Source of the DNA: Thermoplasmatales archaeon
GTDB lineage: Archaea; Thermoplasmatota; Thermoplasmata; Thermoplasmatales; GCA-001856825
DNA length: 64,000 nucleotides
Assembly (NCBI GenBank): GCA_026127935.1
Contig: JAJSLL010000007.1
Location: forward strand, 4,574-68,573
Direction of reading: 5' to 3'
In this document: positions 1 through 9,233 of the stretch, one piece after another
How the letters are laid out: each line of letters starts with the position of its first letter
Numbering within the stretch: the first letter of the stretch is position 1
Notes under the pieces: model-generated
Databases searched by the model: none
The model's input: the letters and a program-made list of their open reading frames with translations, nothing else
Told to the model about the DNA's origin: nothing
Made by a program: the position numbers and the translations under genes

Positions 1-2
1 CA

Positions 3-551
3 ATGGGTGAAATAAATTATTACTTTGTCAGGGGACGCTACCACGACCTCAAGAGAGCTCTATCTGGACTGGAGAAAGAGAAGGAGATTACACAGCTCAG
101 GATCGAAGACATAGGAAGAAAAGAGGAACGATACATTCTGTCTAAAGATATCCCGCTTCTGGAATCGATGGATGACATTGATTTTAGGCCGAGGGTATCG
201 CTACTTTCTCCATTCGACAACATGATTTCTGGAAGGAACAGGACGAGGCGCGTTTTTGGTTTCGAGTACATCCTCGAACAATTCGTGCCCAGGGAGAAGC
301 GTAGGTATGGAACGTATGTACTTCCCATATTGTGGGGAGAGAGGCTCATTGGCAGGATAGACCCTAGAATGGACAGAGAAGAAAAGATTCTCAAAATAAA
401 TGCTGTACACAAAGAACCTGGGGCGGATATTCCTGCCGAAGCTATTGAAGAAATTGGAACCAGAATCGAAGAGCTGGGTCGTTTCCTGGGAGCGGACGGA
501 GTGAAATATACCTCCAAAATTCCCCCTCAGTGGAGGAGTCGACTCAACTAG
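3..551 (+). CDS. C-terminal part of a YcaQ/AlkZ-family (HTH_42) interstrand-crosslink DNA glycosylase; probably truncated by the window edge
   Basis: Motifs LLSPFDN and VPREKRRYGTYVLPILWGERLIGRID are typical of the YcaQ C-terminus; family members are about 400 aa, so the 5' part is likely outside the window. Confidence 0.75.
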   Translation: MGEINYYFVRGRYHDLKRALSGLEKEKEITQLRIEDIGRKEERYILSKDIPLLESMDDIDFRPRVSLLSPFDNMISGRNRTRRVFGFEYILEQFVPREKRRYGTYVLPILWGERLIGRIDPRMDREEKILKINAVHKEPGADIPAEAIEEIGTRIEELGRFLGADGVKYTSKIPPQWRSRLN

Positions 552-603
552 ACGCCTTCTGTGCCGCCTGGAATAGTCTGAATTGTGCAGTTCCGTTTGA
601 TTA

Positions 604-1533
604 CTAGGCTTTGCTCTCTTCCATCACCCTAGAGTTGTGTGCATCTATGAGGAGAAAGATGGATTCGTCCTTGTGTTCAAACTGAAGCGACCACACTGGA
701 ATGTGGACGAGGTACATGTCGGCAATGTCCACGTTCACGTTAGCTGAAAGGAAACCATGAACGTTTTTCTGAAGCCTCCTGATCTCCCACTGCTGTATTC
801 TGAGCTTTCCCTCCATTCTTGCTTTTTCTTCCCCCATCGTTCCGTTCATGAGCTTTATCGACCCGTTCACGTCGTCTTGTCCTATCGGTCTCTTGTCAGA
901 GAGATTGAAAACATAATCAGGTGGTTGGTACTGGTTCATGTTCTCTATTGCAATTACTGGATAATTCACCTCGTTTACATCGTTTCCTGATTCCACAATA
1001 GTCTGGACATTAATCGTTGGGCCACCAAACCCACCTCTTCCGCCCATTCCAACTCCCACAAATCCTCCGGGACTGACCTGCTCCTTCTTGAACTGATACT
1101 GTGCGGAGTATCCTGCGTCCATTATCCAGTAAGGCAGGTAATTAAGATCCGTCTTCTTGAGTGTGCTCTTCTCGAACAGATGCCTGTGGAATATGCTATT
1201 GTCTAGAAATGCCTTGGCCACTAATTCAGCCTGGTCCTTCATCTGGACTTTGATATCCAGAATGTAGTGTTTTTCGACTTTTGTCCAACCCAGTGACCCT
1301 AAAGAAATTGAAGTGCCGCAATATGTACAGACAACCATTGCCTCTCCGGGTGCAGGGTTGAGCGGCGCTCCGCAATTAGGACATTTCATGTCCTTCAGGA
1401 CTGCCTGCTGGTCTTGGGAACTATTCCCTCCCTGTTTTGCAGTTTGAGACTGACTCCCCTGCTGAGGCGCTCCACATTTAGGGCAAAAGTCCGAATCATC
1501 TGGAATAGATGCGCCGCATTTCTTGCAGTACAT
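604..1533 (-). CDS. Zn-ribbon protein, YdjG-like
   Basis: N-terminal CKKC..CPKC ribbon, second CPNC..CTYC ribbon, YLPYW and HIPVW motifs, Gly-rich loop; starts 1 bp after the SPFH gene stop. Confidence 0.6.
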   Translation of the reverse strand: MYCKKCGASIPDDSDFCPKCGAPQQGSQSQTAKQGGNSSQDQQAVLKDMKCPNCGAPLNPAPGEAMVVCTYCGTSISLGSLGWTKVEKHYILDIKVQMKDQAELVAKAFLDNSIFHRHLFEKSTLKKTDLNYLPYWIMDAGYSAQYQFKKEQVSPGGFVGVGMGGRGGFGGPTINVQTIVESGNDVNEVNYPVIAIENMNQYQPPDYVFNLSDKRPIGQDDVNGSIKLMNGTMGEEKARMEGKLRIQQWEIRRLQKNVHGFLSANVNVDIADMYLVHIPVWSLQFEHKDESIFLLIDAHNSRVMEESKA

Positions 1534-1534
1534 T

Positions 1535-2692
1535 TCAGTTCACCTTCTCGCCACAATTCGGGCAGAACTTTGCTCCTGGCTGTACTTCCGTCCCACACTT
1601 CGGACATTTGGTCGTGATGGATTTCCCACACTCTGGACAGAACTTTGACGTCTTTGGTATGTTCTTGCCACAGTATGGACATTTCATCTGCTCTTCAGAT
1701 GAAAAATCATATCCACAAGATGGGCAGAACTTTACGTTCTCGTCCACATCAGTTTGACACTTGGGGCACTTCTTCACTCTCTTTTCTGCGGGAGGCTGCT
1801 GTTGGTTCATCCCCTGCGTTATGTTTGATGCCATTGGATATGCCATTCCTGCTCCAGCTCCCAACCCCATTCCGAGCCCTATTCCTGCTCCTGCAGTTCC
1901 ACCAGGATTCTTCGCTGCATCCACCATGGCCTGACCAGCCTGGAACTGCAGATAGTTCGCACCGACTGCCTTCATGCTCGAACGGGTATCTATTGCCTTC
2001 TGGACCTCGTCCGGAAGCGATATCGTCAATCCGGAAATCTTGTTTAACTCAATTCCGTATTGATCGAAAGCAGCCTTTGCACCAGCCAACACAGCTTCCT
2101 CTGTGTTCATCAAGTTGGATGGGAGATCGAGTACCGAGATTCCCTGGTCTTTCATCTTTCCAAGCACGTTGTAAATAAGCATGACAACCTGGTCCCTTAT
2201 CCTGTCTTCCACCTGTGCAGTAGTCTCGACATTGAAAGTACCCACAAACTGATTTATGAATATTGAAGGATCTGAAATCCGGTACCTCATATCACCAAAG
2301 AGCCTGAGCATGACGATATCGAAGTCCTTGTCCCTGAATGCGTAAGGTTCCTTGGATCCAAATTTTCCGTCGATGATCCTTCTCTGCAGGTAATACACAT
2401 AGGCCTGCTGCTGGATACCGGTCAATAGCTTTACGAGACTCCCGACGATTGGCGCGTTGAGATCAGTCAGTGCATATCTTCCAGGCTTGTCTATGTAGAA
2501 TATTGCCTTTCCATCCCTGAAAAAAACAGCCGTTTCGTCTTCCCTGACGACTGCATTGTCGTTCAACTTGATCAGTCTGGGAACCTTCCACATTATGTTT
2601 CCTTCTTTGAACTGATCCTCCCATTCAAAGGTAGTCGAACCAAATGCGCTTCCACCACTTGGTGGTACTCCACCCTTCTTTCCAAACGGCAT
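1535..2692 (-). CDS. SPFH/Band-7 domain protein (YdjI-like) with three C-terminal Zn ribbons
   Basis: VVREDETAVFFRDGK..PGRY, FRDKDF..LRLFG, YGIEL..ISLPDEVQKAID, Gly/Ala-rich AGAGIGLGMGLG segment, then three CxxC..CxxC units. Confidence 0.8.
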   Translation of the reverse strand: MPFGKKGGVPPSGGSAFGSTTFEWEDQFKEGNIMWKVPRLIKLNDNAVVREDETAVFFRDGKAIFYIDKPGRYALTDLNAPIVGSLVKLLTGIQQQAYVYYLQRRIIDGKFGSKEPYAFRDKDFDIVMLRLFGDMRYRISDPSIFINQFVGTFNVETTAQVEDRIRDQVVMLIYNVLGKMKDQGISVLDLPSNLMNTEEAVLAGAKAAFDQYGIELNKISGLTISLPDEVQKAIDTRSSMKAVGANYLQFQAGQAMVDAAKNPGGTAGAGIGLGMGLGAGAGMAYPMASNITQGMNQQQPPAEKRVKKCPKCQTDVDENVKFCPSCGYDFSSEEQMKCPYCGKNIPKTSKFCPECGKSITTKCPKCGTEVQPGAKFCPNCGEKVN

Positions 2693-3214
2693 TTAGACCC
2701 CCCCATAGAGAAGCGTTTCCCTACTGCTGTTCAGATCTGAAATTGCCGAAATGATGTTGTTGATTCCTGCAATCCCGTCTTGATTGACATTTCCAGATGA
2801 GCAATTCTGTACGAACGAGTTCACTCCCTTTTGAAGATTCTGTATCTGGTCGAATATCTGCATATCCAGATCATACAGTGCAGAAATCTTCTTTGCATCC
2901 ACCTTGATTGGTGCGGATATTCCAGAATACCCTGCCCCATGGTGCTTGACAGCCTCTGCGACTGTCTGTATCCTGGATCTGATGACCCCAATCGACTCAA
3001 GTACCTTAAACTGGCCGCTGCTAACGAGTGAGCCTTCGCCAGTTTTCAGATTCGATATAACGTCCAGCATTTTCTTGTACAATTCGTCCTTCAAAATAAT
3101 ATCAGCATCACGCAAGTCTTCGTTTATCCTATATCCGTGGTAGCCAGGGAATATGAGCTGAATCTTTTTGATTACTCCTCTGTCCTCTACGACCTGATCC
3201 CTTAAGTCGGTCAT
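2693..3214 (-). CDS. Conserved alpha-helical hypothetical protein, first gene of the SPFH/Zn-ribbon operon
   Basis: Likely start is ATG 3214 (MTDLRDQVVEDRG..PGYHGYR..EDLRDAD..GYSG..LYDLD); its stop abuts the SPFH start; the ORF-track extension to 3316 looks non-coding. Confidence 0.65.
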   Translation of the reverse strand: MTDLRDQVVEDRGVIKKIQLIFPGYHGYRINEDLRDADIILKDELYKKMLDVISNLKTGEGSLVSSGQFKVLESIGVIRSRIQTVAEAVKHHGAGYSGISAPIKVDAKKISALYDLDMQIFDQIQNLQKGVNSFVQNCSSGNVNQDGIAGINNIISAISDLNSSRETLLYGGV

Positions 3215-3400
3215 GGAGCATTGATAAAAGACGAAGTCAAAATACTTTCCACTATTGTCTTTTCCTAACCCCCGTGTTCTGATGAAACTCGGAAATCCTG
3301 AATTCTGATAATTCACATTCTATAAATATTAAATTCATCTAAAATCCCTTACAGTAGGCTGTCCAGACAACGGTTAATATCTCGAGTGCGATTCTGAAAC

Positions 3401-4735
3401 ATGAGAAATGAGGGGGAAACTGGTGGTAAGAAATTTTCCGAACTTGCCATTAAGTACTCCAAGGAATATCAAGGGAAGATTCAGACCATGCTCAAGGTAC
3501 CGGTCAGAAGTCTGGAGGACTTCTCGGTGTGGTACACTCCTGGAGTTGCAGCAGTTTCACTTGAGATTGCTAAGGACAAGGAATTATCATTTGACATGAC
3601 ATGGCGATGGAACACCGTTGCGATTGTCACAGATGGAACCAGGGTCCTCGGACTTGGAAACATTGGACCGGAAGCTTCATTGCCCGTGATGGAGGGTAAG
3701 GGACTTATCTTTAAGTACCTGGGTGGGGTCGATGCAATACCGATTCCTATAAACGTTCATGAAAAGGAACAAATTGCCAGCATCGTAAAGGCAATTGAGC
3801 CTGCCTTTGGCGGGATAAACCTAGAGGACATAGAATCACCGAAGTGTTTCTACCTTCTAGAAACGCTTAGAAAAGAGATGAACATACCCGTCTGGCATGA
3901 TGACCAGCTTGGAACTGCTGGAGCGACACTTGCAGGGCTGCTCAACGCTCTCAAGCTGACGGGGAGAAACGAGAGAGACACCAATATAGTCGTCGTGGGA
4001 TCTGGCGCCGCAAACATCGCTACGATCAAGTTATTTGACTCAGCGGGATTCGATATTGGAAACATCATTGCGGTCGATTCGCACGGGGTTCTGCACCCAG
4101 AGAGGGAGGATATGGATGTTTTAATGAAAGATAATCCTTGGAAATACGACCTCGGAATCAGGACAAACAGAAAGAGGATCACGGGAGACATCCAGAACGC
4201 ACTTGAAGGTGCGGATGTTTTGATAGCGGCATCGAAACCAGGACCTGGTACCATAAAGGGCGAGTGGATCAAGAAGATGGAAAAGAGGGCAATCGTGTTT
4301 GCACTTGCAAACCCAGTGCCTGAAATATGGCCTAGCGAGGCGAAGGAGAATGGCGCGGAGATCGTTGGAACCGGAAGGTCGGATTTTCCAAACCAAGTCA
4401 ACAATAGTCTGGTGTTTCCTGGAGTTTTCAGGGGAGCGCTGGATGCTAGGGTCAGGAAGATAAGTGAACCTATGATCGTCAGGGCGTCAAGAGAGCTCGC
4501 TCTGTTTGCAGAGGAGAAAGGACTCACGGAAGACTACATCCTTCCAACAATGCAAGAGTGGGAAGTGTTTCCAAGGATCGCGTCTGCAATAGCAGAGGAA
4601 GGCGTCAAGGAGAATCTGGCGAGAGTAAAAATGAGCAAGAAGGAATACTACGAACGGGCCAAGAAAATTATCTCCAGCAACAGGGAAATGATAGAAAAAA
4701 TGATGGATGAGAATCTTATAAAGAAGGTGAAATGA
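3401..4735 (+). CDS. mae: NAD(P)-dependent malic enzyme
   Basis: YTPGVA, VTDGTRVLGLGNIG, PVMEGK, GGINLEDI, HDDQLGT, GSGAA, ALANPVPEI, TGRSDFPNQVNN. Confidence 0.95.
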   Translation: MRNEGETGGKKFSELAIKYSKEYQGKIQTMLKVPVRSLEDFSVWYTPGVAAVSLEIAKDKELSFDMTWRWNTVAIVTDGTRVLGLGNIGPEASLPVMEGKGLIFKYLGGVDAIPIPINVHEKEQIASIVKAIEPAFGGINLEDIESPKCFYLLETLRKEMNIPVWHDDQLGTAGATLAGLLNALKLTGRNERDTNIVVVGSGAANIATIKLFDSAGFDIGNIIAVDSHGVLHPEREDMDVLMKDNPWKYDLGIRTNRKRITGDIQNALEGADVLIAASKPGPGTIKGEWIKKMEKRAIVFALANPVPEIWPSEAKENGAEIVGTGRSDFPNQVNNSLVFPGVFRGALDARVRKISEPMIVRASRELALFAEEKGLTEDYILPTMQEWEVFPRIASAIAEEGVKENLARVKMSKKEYYERAKKIISSNREMIEKMMDENLIKKVK

Positions 4736-5208
4736 ACATGGAAGAAATCAAAATCAGGGACCTGAAAAGAGAAGATCTCAAGGATGCGACAAACCTGGTA
4801 ATGAGATTAAAGAAGTTCAACTCTGAGCACGACCCACTTTTCAACGTTTCTCCGGACCTTGAAAAGAATGTAACCGCATATCTCGAGAGCGCGATCAAGC
4901 TTGAGACCAGAGACGTGCTTGTCGCAGATTACAATGGAAAGATTGTTGGGGCGATAATGGGAGAAATCATAGACAGACCCTTCTACATACCAGACAAGGA
5001 ACTGAGGATAACTGAGATTTATCTCCTGCCAGAATTCAGGAAGGGCGGACTTGGCAGGAAGTTGCTGGATGCCTTGGTTGTGAGGGAGAAGGGAAAGGGA
5101 TGCGGCATGATCACAGTAGAATTTCCAACTGAGAACCTGCTTGGACACAAGTTCTATACTAGCCTTGGAATGAGAGGAATCCAGTCGATATATGGGAAAA
5201 AGTTATAG
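4732..5208 (+). CDS. GNAT-family N-acetyltransferase
   Basis: Acetyl-CoA motif FRKGGLGRKLL and C-terminal N..GHKFYTSLG; 4 bp overlap with the malic enzyme gene. Confidence 0.85.
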   Translation: MNMEEIKIRDLKREDLKDATNLVMRLKKFNSEHDPLFNVSPDLEKNVTAYLESAIKLETRDVLVADYNGKIVGAIMGEIIDRPFYIPDKELRITEIYLLPEFRKGGLGRKLLDALVVREKGKGCGMITVEFPTENLLGHKFYTSLGMRGIQSIYGKKL

Positions 5209-5295
5209 GAAATAACTCCACGCAGGATTGCCTATCTGGATCTGCTACTCTGCCCAAATCTCAGCTAGTCTGATCGAGAACCTTTATTATTCTAT

Positions 5296-5733
5296 TTACT
5301 GAATATATTTTGATAGATATAGGGAGAACACGAGTACCACGAATACTGTTGCTGCAATGACCACGAATGTTCTGTCCCTCTCCCTTGCATAGATCAAAAC
5401 CTGAATGAAAATTCTCCCGAACGGAGAGAGTATCAACAGTAGAACTCCAAGCTGAATGATTGCAAATGACTTGAACTTGAGAACTCCGTATGTGATTGTA
5501 CCCAGGTAGTGGGGAAAGACAGCAGTATTTGGTCCATATGACTGCAACAGTATATCTACTGGTACCTTCAGATAACCTGTAGAGTTTGTTGCAAGGTATG
5601 TTATGAGACCTATCACGATTACAGATAGGGATATGATTACACTCCATATGAGATAAAACGAGAGAACCTTGGAGGATATCTTCTCCTCTTCTTCCTTTTC
5701 TTTTTCAAACGATCTTTCTTTGCCAGTACTCAT
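5296..5733 (-). CDS. DUF1634-like membrane protein (TauE partner)
   Basis: Three hydrophobic segments, IIQLGVLLLILSPFGRI and ERDRTFV motifs; overlaps the tauE stop. Confidence 0.75.
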   Translation of the reverse strand: MSTGKERSFEKEKEEEEKISSKVLSFYLIWSVIISLSVIVIGLITYLATNSTGYLKVPVDILLQSYGPNTAVFPHYLGTITYGVLKFKSFAIIQLGVLLLILSPFGRIFIQVLIYARERDRTFVVIAATVFVVLVFSLYLSKYIQ

Positions 5734-6620
5734 AGGTGCAACCCCGTCCCGCCTATTAGCAACACCCCACTCCGCAACATTTCTATCGCAACAACGAGAA
5801 TTACCGCCGCAAACAGGATCCTTACTGTTCTACCCCTGACTTTCATAAGGAGCCGCGACCCAACTAATGCGCCGATGAGTACTCCAATTGCAACGGGGGC
5901 TGCAATATAGGGATTGACGTCGCCGTTGAAGAAATATATTCCTGCACTAGCGGCCGCCGTCATCCCGATCATGAAGTTGGAAGTGGTCGTGGATACCTTG
6001 ATTGGTAGCTTCATGAAGAGATCCATGGCTATGACCTTGAACACTCCTGAACCAATTCCGAGTAAACCCGACAGTATTCCGGCAACGAACATCATTGCTG
6101 AACCACTCTTGACCCCAGAAACGTTGTAGCTCACTTCTCTATCCAATTCGAGATTGTGATAGTGGGATTGGAGCGACATTCTTTCTGCGATTGGGTCGTT
6201 CTTGATATTTGCCGGCTGGTTAATCTCTCCAATCTTCTTGATAAGTGGAAGGACAGAAATCAAAAGAACAATTCCAAAAATAAGGTATATTGCCGCTGGG
6301 TTTTTGATGCGCAGTCCCAAAAATGCACCAACTATTGCACCAGTAGTCGTGAACAAGACAAGGAAAGTACCCACTCTAATGTTTGAAATCTTGTCCTTCA
6401 CATACGCAGACGCTGACCCGCTGGACGTTGCTATAACAGAAACGATGGATGCGCCTATTGCAAGATAGATGGGCACATGAAAATAAAGAGTCAGGAATGG
6501 AACTATCAGTACTCCTCCACCCAACCCAGCCATTGAACCTATGATGCCCGCAAAAACTGATGCAACTAATATTAAAATGAGGTACAGAACTAAATCAAAC
6601 ACTCGGGTTAATCCAAACAC
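5730..6620 (-). CDS. Sulfite exporter TauE/SafE family permease
   Basis: Duplicated GSMAGLGGG / SGLLGIGSG motifs, TTTSNFMIG, multiple TM helices. Confidence 0.9.
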   Translation of the reverse strand: MFGLTRVFDLVLYLILILVASVFAGIIGSMAGLGGGVLIVPFLTLYFHVPIYLAIGASIVSVIATSSGSASAYVKDKISNIRVGTFLVLFTTTGAIVGAFLGLRIKNPAAIYLIFGIVLLISVLPLIKKIGEINQPANIKNDPIAERMSLQSHYHNLELDREVSYNVSGVKSGSAMMFVAGILSGLLGIGSGVFKVIAMDLFMKLPIKVSTTTSNFMIGMTAAASAGIYFFNGDVNPYIAAPVAIGVLIGALVGSRLLMKVRGRTVRILFAAVILVVAIEMLRSGVLLIGGTGLHL

Positions 6621-6677
6621 AACAGATTAATTTTGCTTTTCGGTATGCGAATCCTACCGAATAAATTTCTCCGCATC

Positions 6678-7145
6678 TCAGGAGTATTTTAGATCATCGA
6701 TGTATTTTGCCCTCTCTAGGACTTTAAACTTTGAAATATCCTTTGGAATTTCGAGGACCTTTACGTTCACGATGGAATCGACGTAGTTCTCAAAATCCTC
6801 CTCAGACATGTTCTTGAATGTGAGGTTTCCGATATTCTTGAAGCTGATTTTTTTGTTGTTTTTGACGAGTTCGGGCCCAGATATCTCTATTGAGTTCAGA
6901 TCCTGGATGTAAGTGATCTTCGAGTCTTTTACTGCCTGTAAAAATTCTTCTCCGACCTTCTTTGTCTCCCCTGCAGCCGCAAGCAGGACCTTGAAGGCGT
7001 CGTTGGTTAAATCTCCGACAGTTTTACCGGTGTCCCTTGCAAGGTCTTTCACTCTTGCATAGACCCTCTTTTGTATTCCCTTGATCGATACATTTTCTGT
7101 GTCTTGGCGATCATTCTTTTCTTTTTCATCTACCATGAAGGACAA
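6678..7145 (-). CDS. Hypothetical protein with an N-terminal ribbon-helix-helix-like segment
   Basis: NVSIKGIQKRVYARVKDLARDTGKTVGDLTNDAFK fits an RHH pattern; repetitive beta-rich C-terminal half. Confidence 0.55.
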   Translation of the reverse strand: MSFMVDEKEKNDRQDTENVSIKGIQKRVYARVKDLARDTGKTVGDLTNDAFKVLLAAAGETKKVGEEFLQAVKDSKITYIQDLNSIEISGPELVKNNKKISFKNIGNLTFKNMSEEDFENYVDSIVNVKVLEIPKDISKFKVLERAKYIDDLKYS

Positions 7146-7183
7146 TGGTTATCTGGAATATAAGATTTCTGGTTTTCCATAAA

Positions 7184-7909
7184 TCAAGCTGTCAAGAAAG
7201 TATTCAGGAGATCTGCGAATTTCTCTGGAAATTGGACGTGAGGTACGTGGTTCCCATTATCTATCTCGACGAAGGTGCTCCCCTGTATATATGCATGGAG
7301 CATCCTTCCGTTTTCAATTGGGATGACATCGTCATCCTTTCCCCATATGATCATCGTCTTCGCCTTTAATTTCTTCAATTCAGACTCCTTTAGTTTCCAG
7401 CTCGGGTTAGAGTTATTCTTCACTATGTTGGATATGACTGACCGAGAGTTCATTGGGTTGCTGCGCACTACCATTTCCACGAATTGGTCTCTGCTTCCCG
7501 CTTCCATTTCTCCGAACGTTCTGTTTACTCCAGCGCTGTCTTCCAGCACCAGGTGAGTGGGTTGCTTTCTGTCGAGTGAATAGCGCATTGCTACCCATCC
7601 TCCGTAAGAATTGCCTACTAGAGAGACATCTTCCAGACCCAGGGCTTCTGTTAGTTCCCATATCACGTCTTCCTGCACACTGATGGTATACTCGATGTCG
7701 GGTTTCGCTGATCTTCCCTGACCCACCAGGTCAAGAAAATAGAGACCGATACCTTCCTTCAGATACTGTGGCAGCTTCATCCAGGAGTTACCTGTCCCAC
7801 CCAGACCGTGAAGGAAGATAACTGGGATTTTTCCACTTCTCTCGATGTAAGATACGTTTCCATACGAGGACTTGAAACTCCTTCTGAACACCGTCTGATA
7901 TGCGGTCAC
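7184..7909 (-). CDS. Alpha/beta fold hydrolase
   Basis: FLHGLGG, nucleophile elbow GNSYGG, WGKDD acid, GNHVPH catalytic His. Confidence 0.9.
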   Translation of the reverse strand: MTAYQTVFRRSFKSSYGNVSYIERSGKIPVIFLHGLGGTGNSWMKLPQYLKEGIGLYFLDLVGQGRSAKPDIEYTISVQEDVIWELTEALGLEDVSLVGNSYGGWVAMRYSLDRKQPTHLVLEDSAGVNRTFGEMEAGSRDQFVEMVVRSNPMNSRSVISNIVKNNSNPSWKLKESELKKLKAKTMIIWGKDDDVIPIENGRMLHAYIQGSTFVEIDNGNHVPHVQFPEKFADLLNTFLTA

Positions 7910-7924
7910 TCGATAAAGCGTTAT

Positions 7925-7936
7925 CAGTATCTCCGA
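7925..7936 (+). repeat. Left terminal inverted repeat CAGTATCTCCGA
   Basis: Exact reverse complement of 10734-10745; preceded by TSD GTTAT. Confidence 0.85.
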
Positions 7937-8016
7937 GTTGAGTAAATCTTAAGGACAGCTTCGGCTATCAATGTTGAGAGAAACGGAAAGGATAGCTATC
8001 CACAAACAGGATCAAA

Positions 8017-9084
8017 TCATTCCTGTCTGCGGTTTCTTTCCTTTCTCTCCTCGTTGTCCACCATAGTTGTGCATGCATCGCTCAGCTCGATGAGAAATCT
8101 CTTGAAGCTCACCTCCTTGTTGTAGAAGAGATACCAGATCGCCTCTATGAGCTGCTCGTATGCAAACAGAAAATAGCGGACCTCAATCATCTTTGATTTT
8201 GTCTTGATTCTGCTTTCATCTTGAACCCTGAACATCGTTTCGATTCTCCATCGTATCTTGTATTGAGCTATGATGGAATCGAGATTCAATTCCTCCATGT
8301 TCGTTGCAAACACCCAGTCGTAGTACTCCGAACTCCTCCTGTCGAATATCTTCCTCAGGAATGCCAGCTTCGTATCCCCTTTGATCTTCTTGTTGTCGCT
8401 GTAGAACGAGAACTCATAGACCATCACCTTCTTCTCTCCGAACTTCATAGATTCAAGCTCCCTCCTCTCCATCTCCCTCTTGGGTACGAATATCAAGTAT
8501 GGGACTGGAAGACTACTGAGTCTAACGATCAGGTCCTTAGAATAGAACCCCCTGTCAAATAGCAGTAGATCGATGCTCGGAACAACGGTCTTGATGGTCT
8601 CGAGAATGGACATGACTTCGGCAGGCATTATGTTCCCTGCCGGAGAAGGTATTGAGATTATAGGCAATTTCATCTCTTTGTTGACGATGCTTGCAGTAAG
8701 GTAGGAATACTTTCCCGTAACTCCATTCTCTCCAGTCCAGCCATGGATCCATCTGTCGTTCACCTCGCCGTAGAAATCCTCAGTGGTATAATCAAAGGCG
8801 ATGATGTACCTCTCCTTCCCAATACCGGAGTGTTTGGATATGGCGGATATCCTTGAGAAGAGGGAGTTCTTTATGGACGATGGGGAGGAGTTCTCTATTC
8901 CCAGGTATAAGGAATCTGATCTGTTCCCTACAGTTTCCACATAGGTGTTGGCAACGGCAGCTCTCAGTAAATCACGGTTATAATGGAATTCGCTGAGATT
9001 GGTGGAATGGTGTTTCAGGCAGAGAGAATCGTTTGTGAAGTGTTCAAGCGTTTTCAGAGATGAAATGAGGCGATCCCTGTTCAT
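8017..9084 (-). CDS. DDE transposase, IS4 superfamily (ISH3-like)
   Basis: AFDYT (D), LFDRGFY (D), YKIRWRIETMFR (Y-x2-R-x3-E signature); intact 355 aa frame. Confidence 0.9.
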   Translation of the reverse strand: MNRDRLISSLKTLEHFTNDSLCLKHHSTNLSEFHYNRDLLRAAVANTYVETVGNRSDSLYLGIENSSPSSIKNSLFSRISAISKHSGIGKERYIIAFDYTTEDFYGEVNDRWIHGWTGENGVTGKYSYLTASIVNKEMKLPIISIPSPAGNIMPAEVMSILETIKTVVPSIDLLLFDRGFYSKDLIVRLSSLPVPYLIFVPKREMERRELESMKFGEKKVMVYEFSFYSDNKKIKGDTKLAFLRKIFDRRSSEYYDWVFATNMEELNLDSIIAQYKIRWRIETMFRVQDESRIKTKSKMIEVRYFLFAYEQLIEAIWYLFYNKEVSFKRFLIELSDACTTMVDNEERKERNRRQE

Positions 9085-9233
9085 GCAACTATTATGTATA
9101 CGGTTCTACCAAGATATTCCTTGGGACAGTCAATCTTTGCGCTATTCCCGAACTTCGTTACAGTTCTTATGAAATACCCCTCTATGTTCTTTACCTCCAC
9201 CCTTGAAGCTGGTGTGATGGGTCTCTTGATCAT
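9081..9233 (-). CDS. DUF2080-family transposase-associated protein (AbrB-like)
   Basis: RTVTKFGNSAKIDCPKEYLGRTVYIIV motif; likely start ATG 9233 about 25 bp after a TATA-like TTTATTA; 4 bp overlap with the transposase start. Confidence 0.8.
   Translation of the reverse strand: MIKRPITPASRVEVKNIEGYFIRTVTKFGNSAKIDCPKEYLGRTVYIIVA

Noticed and set aside
3215-3316. N-terminal extension of the 2693-3316 ORF
   Set aside because: Reads like promoter DNA; the conserved-looking sequence begins at Met 3214
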